Below, piece after piece: positions 36,735-45,715 of a stretch of DNA of 64,000 bases (positions are counted from its first letter, which is position 1; each line of letters opens with the position of its first letter). The notes below the pieces were generated by a model. The model was not told the origin of the DNA. It saw only the letters and a list, made by a program, of their open reading frames with translations, and made no database searches. Source of the stretch: an uncultured Verrucomicrobiota bacterium (GTDB lineage: Bacteria; Verrucomicrobiota; Kiritimatiellia; CAIQIC01; Lenti-01); assembly GCA_937860055.1 (NCBI GenBank), contig CALMBO010000014.1, forward strand, positions 25,132 to 89,131, written 5' to 3'. The position numbers were made by a program, and so were the translations under genes.

Positions 36735-39152
36735 TCAGGTGTCGAGGATCTGCCTCACCTTGGTGGACAATTCCAGCATGGTGAAGGGCTTCTGGATGAA
36801 GTTCACCCCGTCGTCGAGAACGCCATGGCGGGCGATGATGTCGGCGGTATAGCCGGAGATGAAGATGCACTTGAGATGGGGGTGGGTGGCGAGGACGTGT
36901 TCGGCGAGTTCGCGGCCATTCATCTCGGGCATGATCACATCGACCATCAGCAGGTGGATGGCTTCGGAGTGCTTCTGGGCCAGCTGGATGGCTTCGCCCG
37001 GAGTGGCGGCATCGAGGACCCGGTAGCCGAGCTTTTCCAGCATGCTCTTGCCGAGGGCGAGGATGGCGGGTTCGTCTTCCACCAGCAGGATGGTTTCCCG
37101 GCCCTCGGCCCGCCGGCCGGCCAGGCCATTGGGTTTCGGAGCTTCGGCTTCGACCGCATGCCGGGGCAGATAGATCCGGAAGGTGGAGCCATGGCCGGGT
37201 TCGCTGTCCACGTCGATATAGCCGTTGTTCTGCTTGACGATGCCGTAGACGGTGGCGAGGCCCAGGCCGGTTCCCTTGCCCATGGCCTTGGTGGTGAAGA
37301 AGGGTTCGAACAGCTTCCCGAGGGTGGTCTTGTCCATGCCTTCGCCGGTGTCGCAGACCGAGAGCATGACGTAGTCGCCCGGTTGGGAGCCGTGATGCGC
37401 GGCGCAGAAAGCTTCGTCGAAGCTGATGTTGGCCGTTTCGATGGTGATTTTCCCGACGCCGTGGATGGCATCGCGGGCATTGACGCACAGGTTGGTGAGG
37501 ATCTGGTCGATCTGGGAGGGGTCCGCCTTCACCGGGTCGAGATCCAGTCCCGGCCGCCAGACGAGATCGATGTTCTCCCCGATGAGGCGGCGGAGCATGT
37601 GGAGCATGCCGTCCACGGTGGTGTTCAAGTCGAGCACACGGGCGAGGATGGTCTGCTTGCGGGCGAACGCCAGCAACTGGCGGGTCAGGTCCGCGGAGCG
37701 TTCGGCGGCCTTGCGGATTTCCTTGAGTTCGGCGTGGTGGGGCTGGCCCAGGCCGGTATCCTCCAGCAGCAGCTCCGTGTAGCCGAGGATGGCGCCCAGC
37801 ATGTTGTTGAAGTCGTGGGCGACTCCGCCTGCCAGCCGGCCGACCAGTTCCATCTTCTGGGCCTGCGCCAGCTGGGCCTGGAGGCGGTCCTGCTCCTCCT
37901 CGGCCCGCTTGAGGCTGGTGATGTCGGTGTGCAGGCCGACCAGCCCCAGGATGCGGCCTTCGGGATTCTGGATGGCGTAGGCCCTCAGGAGGATGTCCAG
38001 GATGGTCTTGTCCTTCTTGAACATTTTGACTTCGCCCTGCCAGTTTCTTCCCGCCTTGATCGCGGCGAAGACCTGGTGTCCGACTTCGGGGTCCACATAG
38101 GCGGTTTCGCAAGGGTTTTCGCCGACGTCGCCGAACAGGTTGCCGAAGGCCCGGTTCTGGTAGAAGTGCTTTCCGGCGGGTGTGGCCATCCCGATGGCGT
38201 CGGAGGAGTCCTCCACCAGTGCCTTGAACAGGTGCAGTTCCTCGTTCCGCGCCTTGAGCTCGCGCGTTCGGAGGGCCACCTGGCGTTTCAGCAGGAGGCT
38301 GCCGAGGAGGCTCAGCAGCAGGAGGGCGGCGAGCAGGGGGCCGGCAACCTTGAGCCAGGCGGGGAAAATGAATTCCAGCTCTTCGGAGGTCCATCGCTGC
38401 AGGGAAAGATAGTACACGGAAGACCGGTCGCGCTTCATCTCCGCCAGGTGCTGGTCGAGGGCGTTGAGGAGGAAGCGGCGGCCCGTCTTGGGCGTTGCGA
38501 AGTACAGGCGCGTAGGGCTGAAGATGATCGCGGTGTCCTCCAGCGGGCCGCCCCGGGGCTGGATGGCGCCATAGAAGCGGTTGGCGACCACCGCGTCCAC
38601 CTCGCCCTTGGTTACGGCGGCAAAGGCGGACGGATAGTCCGGCATCGGCACGACGACGACGTTCAGCTCGAAGCCGCTGGCCATGTTTTCGAAGACGGAC
38701 TGCTGGATCGAGCCTTCGAGCACGGCCAGCCGCTTGCCGTCCAGGTCCACCAGGGACCGGATGCCGCACCCGCGCCGCGCATAGATCTGGAACCAGTCCG
38801 ACAGCACCGGTTCGTGATGGAAGGCATAGCGGGTTTCGCGTTCGACCGTGAACGCGACATCGGGCATGAGATCGATTTCACCCTTGGCCAGCCGATCCAG
38901 GCATTCGACCCAGGTTCCCGGCACGTATTCGATCGCCCAGCTCTCCTTCGCCGCGATGTCCTCGATCAGGTCGACAAAGATGCCGAGAGGGCGCCCGGAT
39001 TCGGACCAGGCCACCTTGGGGATGTTCTGGTAGAGGCCCACGCGGATGGGGGTCTTGACGTTCTGGGCGTAGACGGAGAAACATGCCAACCCGGCCAGGA
39101 GGCTGAATCCGCCAATCGAAGCCCATGCGAACTTCTTCAAACGAGTGCCCAT
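36735..39152 (-). CDS. hybrid sensor histidine kinase: periplasmic solute-binding-protein-like domain, TM, PAS, HisKA, HATPase_c, C-terminal REC
   Basis: H-box [15 protein letters not shown] boxes ([15 protein letters not shown]). A receiver block (ILLVEDEP...[11 protein letters not shown]...K). The N-terminal SBP_bac_3-like region lies between a signal/TM segment and a second TM. Confidence 0.85.
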   Translation of the reverse strand: MGTRLKKFAWASIGGFSLLAGLACFSVYAQNVKTPIRVGLYQNIPKVAWSESGRPLGIFVDLIEDIAAKESWAIEYVPGTWVECLDRLAKGEIDLMPDVAFTVERETRYAFHHEPVLSDWFQIYARRGCGIRSLVDLDGKRLAVLEGSIQQSVFENMASGFELNVVVVPMPDYPSAFAAVTKGEVDAVVANRFYGAIQPRGGPLEDTAIIFSPTRLYFATPKTGRRFLLNALDQHLAEMKRDRSSVYYLSLQRWTSEELEFIFPAWLKVAGPLLAALLLLSLLGSLLLKRQVALRTRELKARNEELHLFKALVEDSSDAIGMATPAGKHFYQNRAFGNLFGDVGENPCETAYVDPEVGHQVFAAIKAGRNWQGEVKMFKKDKTILDILLRAYAIQNPEGRILGLVGLHTDITSLKRAEEEQDRLQAQLAQAQKMELVGRLAGGVAHDFNNMLGAILGYTELLLEDTGLGQPHHAELKEIRKAAERSADLTRQLLAFARKQTILARVLDLNTTVDGMLHMLRRLIGENIDLVWRPGLDLDPVKADPSQIDQILTNLCVNARDAIHGVGKITIETANISFDEAFCAAHHGSQPGDYVMLSVCDTGEGMDKTTLGKLFEPFFTTKAMGKGTGLGLATVYGIVKQNNGYIDVDSEPGHGSTFRIYLPRHAVEAEAPKPNGLAGRRAEGRETILLVEDEPAILALGKSMLEKLGYRVLDAATPGEAIQLAQKHSEAIHLLMVDVIMPEMNGRELAEHVLATHPHLKCIFISGYTADIIARHGVLDDGVNFIQKPFTMLELSTKVRQILDT

Positions 39153-39355
39153 TTCATGGAAGAGGTTATCGCAAACCGATGGAGGAAACAAGTCGGGAGA
39201 AGACCTTGTTGCATTTTATCCGGAGGCCCTCCGCCGGGTGCTCTTTCCTCCCTTCTGGGGCGGGAAATGGGGCGTTGACGGAAACAGGGGGAGGGGAATA
39301 AAGTTCCCCACGGCGAATTATCATCTGCGAATCCCAACCGGAGGAAGAAGCGATC

Positions 39356-39802
39356 ATGAGCACGACAGTCGGCGATCTGTTGCGGATCAAGGGTGCGAAG
39401 GTGGAGACCATCTCGGCGTCGGAGACGATCCTGGAGGCGATCCGGCGCATGAGCGAGAAGCACATCGGCTGCCTTGCGGTGGTGACCCGGGCGGGCAAGC
39501 TGTCGGGGATCCTGTCCGAGCGCGATGTCCTGTGGAAGGTGATCGCCGCGGCGAAGTCGCCGAAGACGAACCGGGTGAAGGACGCGATGACGCCGCTGAA
39601 GCAGATGAAGACGGTATCCCCGTCCCAGACGGTGGAGGAGTGCATGGCGCTGATGACGGGGCGGCGGCATCGCCACCTGCCGGTGCTGGCGGACGGGAAG
39701 CTGGCGGGGCTGATTTCCATCGGCGATGTGGTGAAATTCATGCTGGATGCCCAGCAAGCGACGATCCAGAGCCTGGAAAAGTACATCACAGGGACGTTCT
39801 AG
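39356..39802 (+). CDS. CBS-pair domain protein (copy 2)
   Basis: About 88-90% amino-acid identity and about 90% nucleotide identity to 31262-31708. Directly upstream of the [FeFe] hydrogenase genes. Confidence 0.8.
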   Translation: MSTTVGDLLRIKGAKVETISASETILEAIRRMSEKHIGCLAVVTRAGKLSGILSERDVLWKVIAAAKSPKTNRVKDAMTPLKQMKTVSPSQTVEECMALMTGRRHRHLPVLADGKLAGLISIGDVVKFMLDAQQATIQSLEKYITGTF

Positions 39803-39805
39803 GCG

Positions 39806-40384
39806 ATGTCGGCGGCGGGGGGAAGCGGGGAAACGGGAGACGGAGCGATGACGAAGACCTGCACGTGCGCCTGCGCGGAAGCCGCGCCGGACGAAAAAGA
39901 GCTGATGGGACGGCTGGAGGAAGTTCTGGCCGAGCAGAAAGACAAGCCGGGCGGATTGATTCCGGCGCTGCAGACGGCGCAGGCCATTTTTGGATATCTG
40001 CCGGAAAATGCGCTGCGGCGGGTGGCGCAGGCCTTCGACAAGTCGCACAGCGAGGTGGCGGGGGTGGTCTCGTTCTACTCGTTCTTCTCGACGGTGCCGC
40101 GCGGCAAGTACCTCGTCCGCGTCTGTCTGGGCACGGCATGCTATGTGCGCGGCGGCAACGAAGTGCTGCGGGCGATGAAGGACAAGCTGGGGATCGACGT
40201 GGGCGGGACGACGCCGGACCGCCAGTTTTCGCTGGAAGTGGGCCGTTGCTTCGGCGCCTGCGGCATGGCGCCGGTGCTGATGGTCAACGACGACCTGCAC
40301 CAGCGCGTCAAGCCGGCGAAGCTGGGCGAATTGCTGGAGAAATACCGCGCGCAGGCGGTGCCGGCGCAGGAGGCCAAGCCGTGA
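39806..40384 (+). CDS. hydC: NuoE-like thioredoxin-fold [2Fe-2S] subunit of [FeFe] hydrogenase (HydC/HndA-like)
   Basis: All four NuoE cysteines are present (CLGTACYVRG ... CFGACGMAP). The alternative start at 39848 has a better RBS. Confidence 0.8.
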   Translation: MSAAGGSGETGDGAMTKTCTCACAEAAPDEKELMGRLEEVLAEQKDKPGGLIPALQTAQAIFGYLPENALRRVAQAFDKSHSEVAGVVSFYSFFSTVPRGKYLVRVCLGTACYVRGGNEVLRAMKDKLGIDVGGTTPDRQFSLEVGRCFGACGMAPVLMVNDDLHQRVKPAKLGELLEKYRAQAVPAQEAKP

Positions 40385-43300
40385 CCAGGCATCTGAAGAA
40401 GATCGAATCGGGCGAAGCGCTGGCGGCCTGGCGGGACCAGCTGCGCAAGGCGGAAAAAACCGCGCAGGAAGTGCGGATCTGCATGGGCGGCAGCTGCCTG
40501 GCGTCGGGCGCGCCGGAGATTGCGGCGGCGTTCCGGAAGGAGCTGGCGGCGGCCGGGCTGGCGGAAACGGTCGCGGTGCGCGCGGCCGGCTGCATGGGGC
40601 CCTGCGTGCGCGGGCCGGTGCTGCGGCTCGGCGATGGAACCTTCTACCAGGGCGTGAAGCCCGAAGACGCGGCGGAAATCGTCCGCGAGCATCTGGCCGG
40701 CGGTCGCGTCGTGGACCGGCTGATCGCCCATGACGAGGCCGGCGGCAAGCCGCAGGCGACCGACGGCGAGATTCCCTTTTTCACGAAGCAGACGCAGATC
40801 GTGCTGCGCAACTGCGGGCACATCGATCCGGAACGGATCGAGGAGTACGTCGCGCGCGACGGCTACGCGGCGCTGGCGAAGGTGCTGGGCGGGCTGAAGC
40901 CCGAACAGGTGGTCGAGGAGATGAAGGGCTCCGGCCTGCGGGGGCGCGGCGGCGCCGGTTTCCCGACCTTCATGAAGTGGGAGTTCACCCGGCGGGCGCC
41001 GGGCGAGACGAAATACGTGCTGTGCAACGCCGATGAAGGCGATCCGGGCGCCTACATGGACCGCAGCGTGCTGGAGGGCGATCCGCACAGCGTGATCGAA
41101 GGCATGGCGATCGCGGCTTTCACCATCGGAGCGGTGCAGGGCTATGTCTACGTGCGCGCGGAGTATCCGCTGGCCGTGGCGCGGCTGAAGAAGGCGATCG
41201 AGCAGGCCCGCGCGTGCGGGTTCCTGGGCAAGCACGTGCTGGGAACGGATTTCCATTTCGATCTCGACATCCGGATGGGCTCCGGCGCGTTTGTCTGCGG
41301 CGAGGAGACGGCGCTGATCGCGTCCATCGAGGGATTGCGGGGCGAGCCGCGGCCGCGGCCGCCGTTTCCGGCGCAGAAGGGGCTGTGGGGCAAGCCGACG
41401 GTGCTCAACAACGTGGAAACCTACGCCAACGTGCCGGCGATCCTGCTGAACGGCGCGGCCTGGTATGCGAAGTGGGGAACCCCCAAGAGCAAGGGGACGA
41501 AAGTCTTCGCGCTGGCCGGCTGCGTGAAGAACACGGGGCTGGTGGAGGTGCCGGTGGGAACCTCGCTGGGCGAACTGATTTACGACATCGGCGGCGGCAT
41601 CCGGGGCGACAAGGCCTACAAGGCGGCGCAGATCGGCGGGCCGTCGGGCGGCTGCATTCCGAAGCAGAACCTGAACGTGCCGCTGGACTACGAAAGCCTG
41701 CAGGAGCTGGGCGCGATCATGGGTTCGGGCGGCCTGATCGTGATGGACGAAGACACCTGCATGGTGGACGTGGCGCGGTTCTTCATCGAGTTCGTGCAGG
41801 AGGAATCCTGCGGCAAGTGCGTGCCGTGCCGGGTGGGCACGAAGCGCATGGGCGAGATCCTGCAGCGCATCTGCGACGGCGACGGGGAGATGGCGGACAT
41901 CGAGCGCCTCGAGAAGCTGGGGGCGTTCATCAAGGAGTCGTCGCTGTGCGGGCTGGGGCAGACGGCGCCGAACCCGGTGCTGTCGACGATCCGGCATTTC
42001 CGCGAGGAATACGTGCAGCACATCCGCGACAAGCATTGCGCGGCGGGCGTGTGTCCGGCGCTGGTGCTGGCGCCGTGCCTGAGCGCATGCCCGGCGGGAG
42101 TGCAGGTGCCGGGATTCGTCTCGCTGGTGGGGGAGGGCCGCTACGCGGAGGCGCTGAAGCTGCACCGCGAGCGCAATCCGTTCGCGGCCATCTGCGCGCG
42201 GGTGTGCTTCCACACCTGCGAAGACCACTGCCGGCGCAGCTCGCTGGACGCGCCGGTCGCGATCCGCGGCATCAAGCGCTTCATGGTGGACCAGGAAGTG
42301 ACGATCGTGAAGCCCGCGGTGCTCGAGAACGCGGCCAACGCGGCGCGCAAGGTGGCGATCGTCGGCGCGGGTCCGGCGGGGCTGACCTGCGCGTATTTCC
42401 TGGCGCGGCTGGGATACAAGCCGGTCGTCTACGAGGCCGAGCCGCGGCCGGGCGGCATGCTGGTGCAGGCCATTCCGGCCTACCGGCTGCCCCGCGAGAC
42501 GCTGGCGCGCGAGATCCGCATGATCGAATCGCTGGGCGTCGAGATCAAGACCCTCCAGCGGCTCGGCAAGGATTTCACGCTGCCGAAGCTGCGGGAGGAC
42601 GGTTGCGAGGCCGTTTTCCTGGCGGTGGGCGCGCCCGAGGGGCTGGGACTGGAGCTGCCGGGCAGCGATGCCAAGGGCGTGGTGGATTCGATGGATTTCC
42701 TGCGGCAGTACAACATCCGCGGTTCGGCGCCGGTGGGCAAGGACGTCGTGGTGATCGGCGGCGGCAACGCGGCGATCGACGCGGCGCGGACGGCGCTGCG
42801 GCTGGGGGCGGAGCGCGTCACGGTGGTCTATCGCCGCACGCGCGAGCAGATGCCGGCCTATGCCGAGGAAATCGAGGAGGCGCAGCAGGAAGGCGTGCAC
42901 CTGCGGACGCTGTGCGCCCCCGAGAAATTCGAGGTTGAAGGCGGGAAGATCACCGGGCTGGTTTGCCGGCGGATGACGCTGGGCGATTTCGACCGCAGCG
43001 GGCGGCGCAAGGCGCAGGCCGGGGACGATTCGGCGATGGAGACGATCCCCTGCGACCAGGCGATCCTGGCGATCGGGCAGCGGCTCGACGCGAAGGCGGT
43101 GCTGGGCAAGGTCGAGGCGGCGGTGGCCGGCGGCTGGATCCAGGCCGATCCGACGACGGGCCGGACGGCGGTGCCGTGGCTGTTCGCGGGCGGCGACGCG
43201 GTCACGGGGCCGTCGTCGGTGGTGGAAGCCATCGCCGCGGGCGAACGCGCGGCGGTCGGCATCGATGCGATGCTGACGGGCGCGGAGCATGCCTTCTGGC

Positions 43301-43515
43301 GCGGCTATCCCGACGTGCCGACGGACTACGATCCGGAGGCGGATCCGGTGCCGTATCCGCGCGAGGATCCCAACCTGATCGAACTGGAGCGGCGGAAGAA
43401 CAACTTCGACGAGGTCGAGCAGCCGTGGAACGAAGCCACGGCGCGGCGGCAGGCGCGGCGGTGCCTGCGGTGCGACTACGGCAAGACCGGCAAGGTGAGG
43501 GGAGCGGCGACATGA
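40381..43515 (+). CDS. hydB: NuoF-like flavoprotein subunit (HydB) fused to a C-terminal GltD/NfnB-like FAD-NAD(P)H oxidoreductase domain
   Basis: GTG start overlaps the hydC stop. N-terminal thioredoxin-like domain. NuoF motifs GRGGAGFPTFMKW, NADEGDPGAYMDR and ESCGKCVPCR. Two extra [4Fe-4S] sites (CPALVLAPCLSACP, CARVCFHTCEDHC). Two Rossmann sites (VAIVGAGPAGL, VVVIGGGNAAID). Length about 1044 aa. Confidence 0.85.
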   Translation: MTRHLKKIESGEALAAWRDQLRKAEKTAQEVRICMGGSCLASGAPEIAAAFRKELAAAGLAETVAVRAAGCMGPCVRGPVLRLGDGTFYQGVKPEDAAEIVREHLAGGRVVDRLIAHDEAGGKPQATDGEIPFFTKQTQIVLRNCGHIDPERIEEYVARDGYAALAKVLGGLKPEQVVEEMKGSGLRGRGGAGFPTFMKWEFTRRAPGETKYVLCNADEGDPGAYMDRSVLEGDPHSVIEGMAIAAFTIGAVQGYVYVRAEYPLAVARLKKAIEQARACGFLGKHVLGTDFHFDLDIRMGSGAFVCGEETALIASIEGLRGEPRPRPPFPAQKGLWGKPTVLNNVETYANVPAILLNGAAWYAKWGTPKSKGTKVFALAGCVKNTGLVEVPVGTSLGELIYDIGGGIRGDKAYKAAQIGGPSGGCIPKQNLNVPLDYESLQELGAIMGSGGLIVMDEDTCMVDVARFFIEFVQEESCGKCVPCRVGTKRMGEILQRICDGDGEMADIERLEKLGAFIKESSLCGLGQTAPNPVLSTIRHFREEYVQHIRDKHCAAGVCPALVLAPCLSACPAGVQVPGFVSLVGEGRYAEALKLHRERNPFAAICARVCFHTCEDHCRRSSLDAPVAIRGIKRFMVDQEVTIVKPAVLENAANAARKVAIVGAGPAGLTCAYFLARLGYKPVVYEAEPRPGGMLVQAIPAYRLPRETLAREIRMIESLGVEIKTLQRLGKDFTLPKLREDGCEAVFLAVGAPEGLGLELPGSDAKGVVDSMDFLRQYNIRGSAPVGKDVVVIGGGNAAIDAARTALRLGAERVTVVYRRTREQMPAYAEEIEEAQQEGVHLRTLCAPEKFEVEGGKITGLVCRRMTLGDFDRSGRRKAQAGDDSAMETIPCDQAILAIGQRLDAKAVLGKVEAAVAGGWIQADPTTGRTAVPWLFAGGDAVTGPSSVVEAIAAGERAAVGIDAMLTGAEHAFWRGYPDVPTDYDPEADPVPYPREDPNLIELERRKNNFDEVEQPWNEATARRQARRCLRCDYGKTGKVRGAAT

Positions 43516-45287
43516 TCCACGTCACGATCAACGGCAAGGCGATCGAGGTTGCCGAAGGGTCCACGATCCTGCAGGCGGCGAAATCGGCGGGCATCCAGAT
43601 CCCGACGCTGTGCTTCCTGGAGAAGCGCGAACCCGTCGGCGCGTGCCGGGTGTGCCTGGTGGAGGTGGAGGGGGCGCGGACGCTGGTGGCGTCGTGCTCG
43701 ACGCCCTGCACGGAAGGCCAGGTGGTGCATGTCAACAGCCCCAAGGCGCGCGCGGCGCGCAAGCAGGTGGTCGAGCTGCTGCTGTCCGAGCACGACGGCG
43801 ACTGCCAGACCTGCGAGCGCAACGAGGACTGCGAGCTGCGGAAGCTGGCCAGCGACATGGGGATCCGGACGGTGACCTACGGCGGGAAGCGCGCGGCGGC
43901 GCATCTGGACGAGAGCACGCCGGGGCTGGTGCGCGACAATTCCAAGTGCATCAAATGCCGCCGGTGCGTAACGGTCTGCAACCAGGTGCAGGGCGTCGGC
44001 GCGCTGTTTCCTCAGGGCCGCGGCTTTTCCACGGTGATCGGGCCCGCGTTCGCGGCCGACCTGGCGGGCGTGACCTGCGTGCAGTGCGGCCAGTGCGCGG
44101 CGATCTGCCCGGTGGGGGCGATCACCGAGCGCAGCGCCATCGACGCCGTGTGGGCGGCGCTGGACGATCCGTCCAAGACGGTGGTGGTCCAGACCGCGCC
44201 GGCGATCCGCGCGGCGCTGGGCGAGGAATTCGGCTATCCGCCCGGCACGCGCGTGACGGGCAAGATGACGACGGCCCTGCGCCAGATGGGGTTCGACGCG
44301 GTGTTCGACACGAATTTCGCGGCCGACCTGACCATCATGGAGGAAGGCACGGAGCTGCTGACCCGCCTGAAACGGGCCCTGGTGGACAAGGACAAGACGG
44401 CGGCGCTGCCGATGTTCACGAGCTGCTCGCCGGGGTGGATCCAGTTTGCGGAGTACTACTATCCGAACTTCCTCGACCATCTGTCCACCTGCAAGTCGCC
44501 GCAGCAGATGTTCGGCGCGGTGGCCAAGACGTTCTACGCGCAGAAGATCGGCAAGAAGCCGGAAGACCTCGTGGTGGTGTCGGTGATGCCGTGCACGGCG
44601 AAGAAGTTCGAGGCGCAGCGGCCCGAGATGAACGCCAGCGGCGCACGCGACGTCGATCATGTCCTCACCACGCGCGAGCTGGCGCGGATGATCCGGCAGG
44701 CGAACCTGGCATTCACGGAGCTGCCGGACGGCGAGATGGACGCGCCGCTGGGTCTCTCCACGGGCGCGGCGGACATCTTCGCGAACACGGGCGGGGTGAT
44801 GGAAGCGGCGTTGCGCACGGCCTACGAGATCGTGACGGGGCGGGAGCTGCCGGTCGAGAACCTGCATGTGAAGCCCATCGAGGGGCTCGACGGCATCAAG
44901 GAGGCGTCGCTCAAGATCGAGCGGACGCAGCCGGCGTGGTCGTTCCTGGAAGGAGTCGAGCTGAAGGTGGCGGTGTCGCACGGGCTGGGCAACACGCGGA
45001 AACTGCTGGAAAAAATCCGGTCCGGCGATGCGAGCTACCATTTCATCGAAGTGATGACGTGTCCCGGCGGCTGCATCGGCGGCGGCGGTCAGCCGCGGTT
45101 CACGGACGACAGCGTCCGCCTGAAGCGCATCTCGGCGATTTATGCGGAGGACGAGTCCAAGAAGCTGCGCAAGTCGCACGACAATCCGGCGGTGCAGGAG
45201 CTCTACAGGGAATTCCTCGGCAAGCCGCTGGGGCACCGGTCGCACGAACTGCTGCACACGGGCTACCGCGCGAAAGAGCGCCGCTGA
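43512..45287 (+). CDS. hydA: [FeFe] hydrogenase catalytic subunit HydA (M3-type: [2Fe-2S], His-ligated [4Fe-4S], 2x[4Fe-4S] ferredoxin, H-domain)
   Basis: H-cluster motifs L2 MPCTAKKFE and L3 EVMTCPGGCIGGGGQP are canonical. L1 reads TSCSPGW instead of TSCCPxW. N-terminal ferredoxin clusters present. ATGA overlap with hydB. Confidence 0.9.
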   Translation: MIHVTINGKAIEVAEGSTILQAAKSAGIQIPTLCFLEKREPVGACRVCLVEVEGARTLVASCSTPCTEGQVVHVNSPKARAARKQVVELLLSEHDGDCQTCERNEDCELRKLASDMGIRTVTYGGKRAAAHLDESTPGLVRDNSKCIKCRRCVTVCNQVQGVGALFPQGRGFSTVIGPAFAADLAGVTCVQCGQCAAICPVGAITERSAIDAVWAALDDPSKTVVVQTAPAIRAALGEEFGYPPGTRVTGKMTTALRQMGFDAVFDTNFAADLTIMEEGTELLTRLKRALVDKDKTAALPMFTSCSPGWIQFAEYYYPNFLDHLSTCKSPQQMFGAVAKTFYAQKIGKKPEDLVVVSVMPCTAKKFEAQRPEMNASGARDVDHVLTTRELARMIRQANLAFTELPDGEMDAPLGLSTGAADIFANTGGVMEAALRTAYEIVTGRELPVENLHVKPIEGLDGIKEASLKIERTQPAWSFLEGVELKVAVSHGLGNTRKLLEKIRSGDASYHFIEVMTCPGGCIGGGGQPRFTDDSVRLKRISAIYAEDESKKLRKSHDNPAVQELYREFLGKPLGHRSHELLHTGYRAKERR

Positions 45288-45322
45288 TCATTTCCGGCGC
45301 AGAGCCGGCGGCGGGAATCCGT

Positions 45323-45715
45323 TCAGGCGGGGGGAAGCTTCCCGATCCGGCGCAGCACGGTTTCGATCCGGTTCTTCAGCTCCAGGATATCCACCGGCTT
45401 CTCGATGTATTCCTCGCCATACTGGTAGTTGCACTCCTTCTTGGTGGATTCGTCCAGCAGGGCGGAGAGCATGACCACGGGAATGTCGGAGAGGGGATAC
45501 TTCCCCTTCAGGGCGCGGAGGACCTCGATGCCGTCCATCTTGGGCATCCGGATGTCCAGCAGGATGAGGTCCGGCTCCCAGCGCCTGGCCATCTGGATGC
45601 CCTCCTTGCCGGAAGTCGAAAACGCCACCTCGAAGTCGCCGACGATTTCCAATCCCTGCTTCACGGCCTGGCAGAGCCGTTCCTCGTCGTCGATCAACAG
45701 TATCTTGAATTTCAT
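45323..45715 (-). CDS. single-domain response regulator (CheY-like receiver)
   Basis: ILLIDDEE..D...LILLDIRMP..DG...K blocks of a REC domain. Start overlaps the stop of the upstream kinase. Confidence 0.75.
   Translation of the reverse strand: MKFKILLIDDEERLCQAVKQGLEIVGDFEVAFSTSGKEGIQMARRWEPDLILLDIRMPKMDGIEVLRALKGKYPLSDIPVVMLSALLDESTKKECNYQYGEEYIEKPVDILELKNRIETVLRRIGKLPPA

Noticed and set aside
39145-43515. 1456-aa plus-strand ORF
   Set aside because: Its N-terminal third is an off-frame read-through of the CBS and hydC region. The real gene starts at the GTG at 40381, overlapping the hydC stop.
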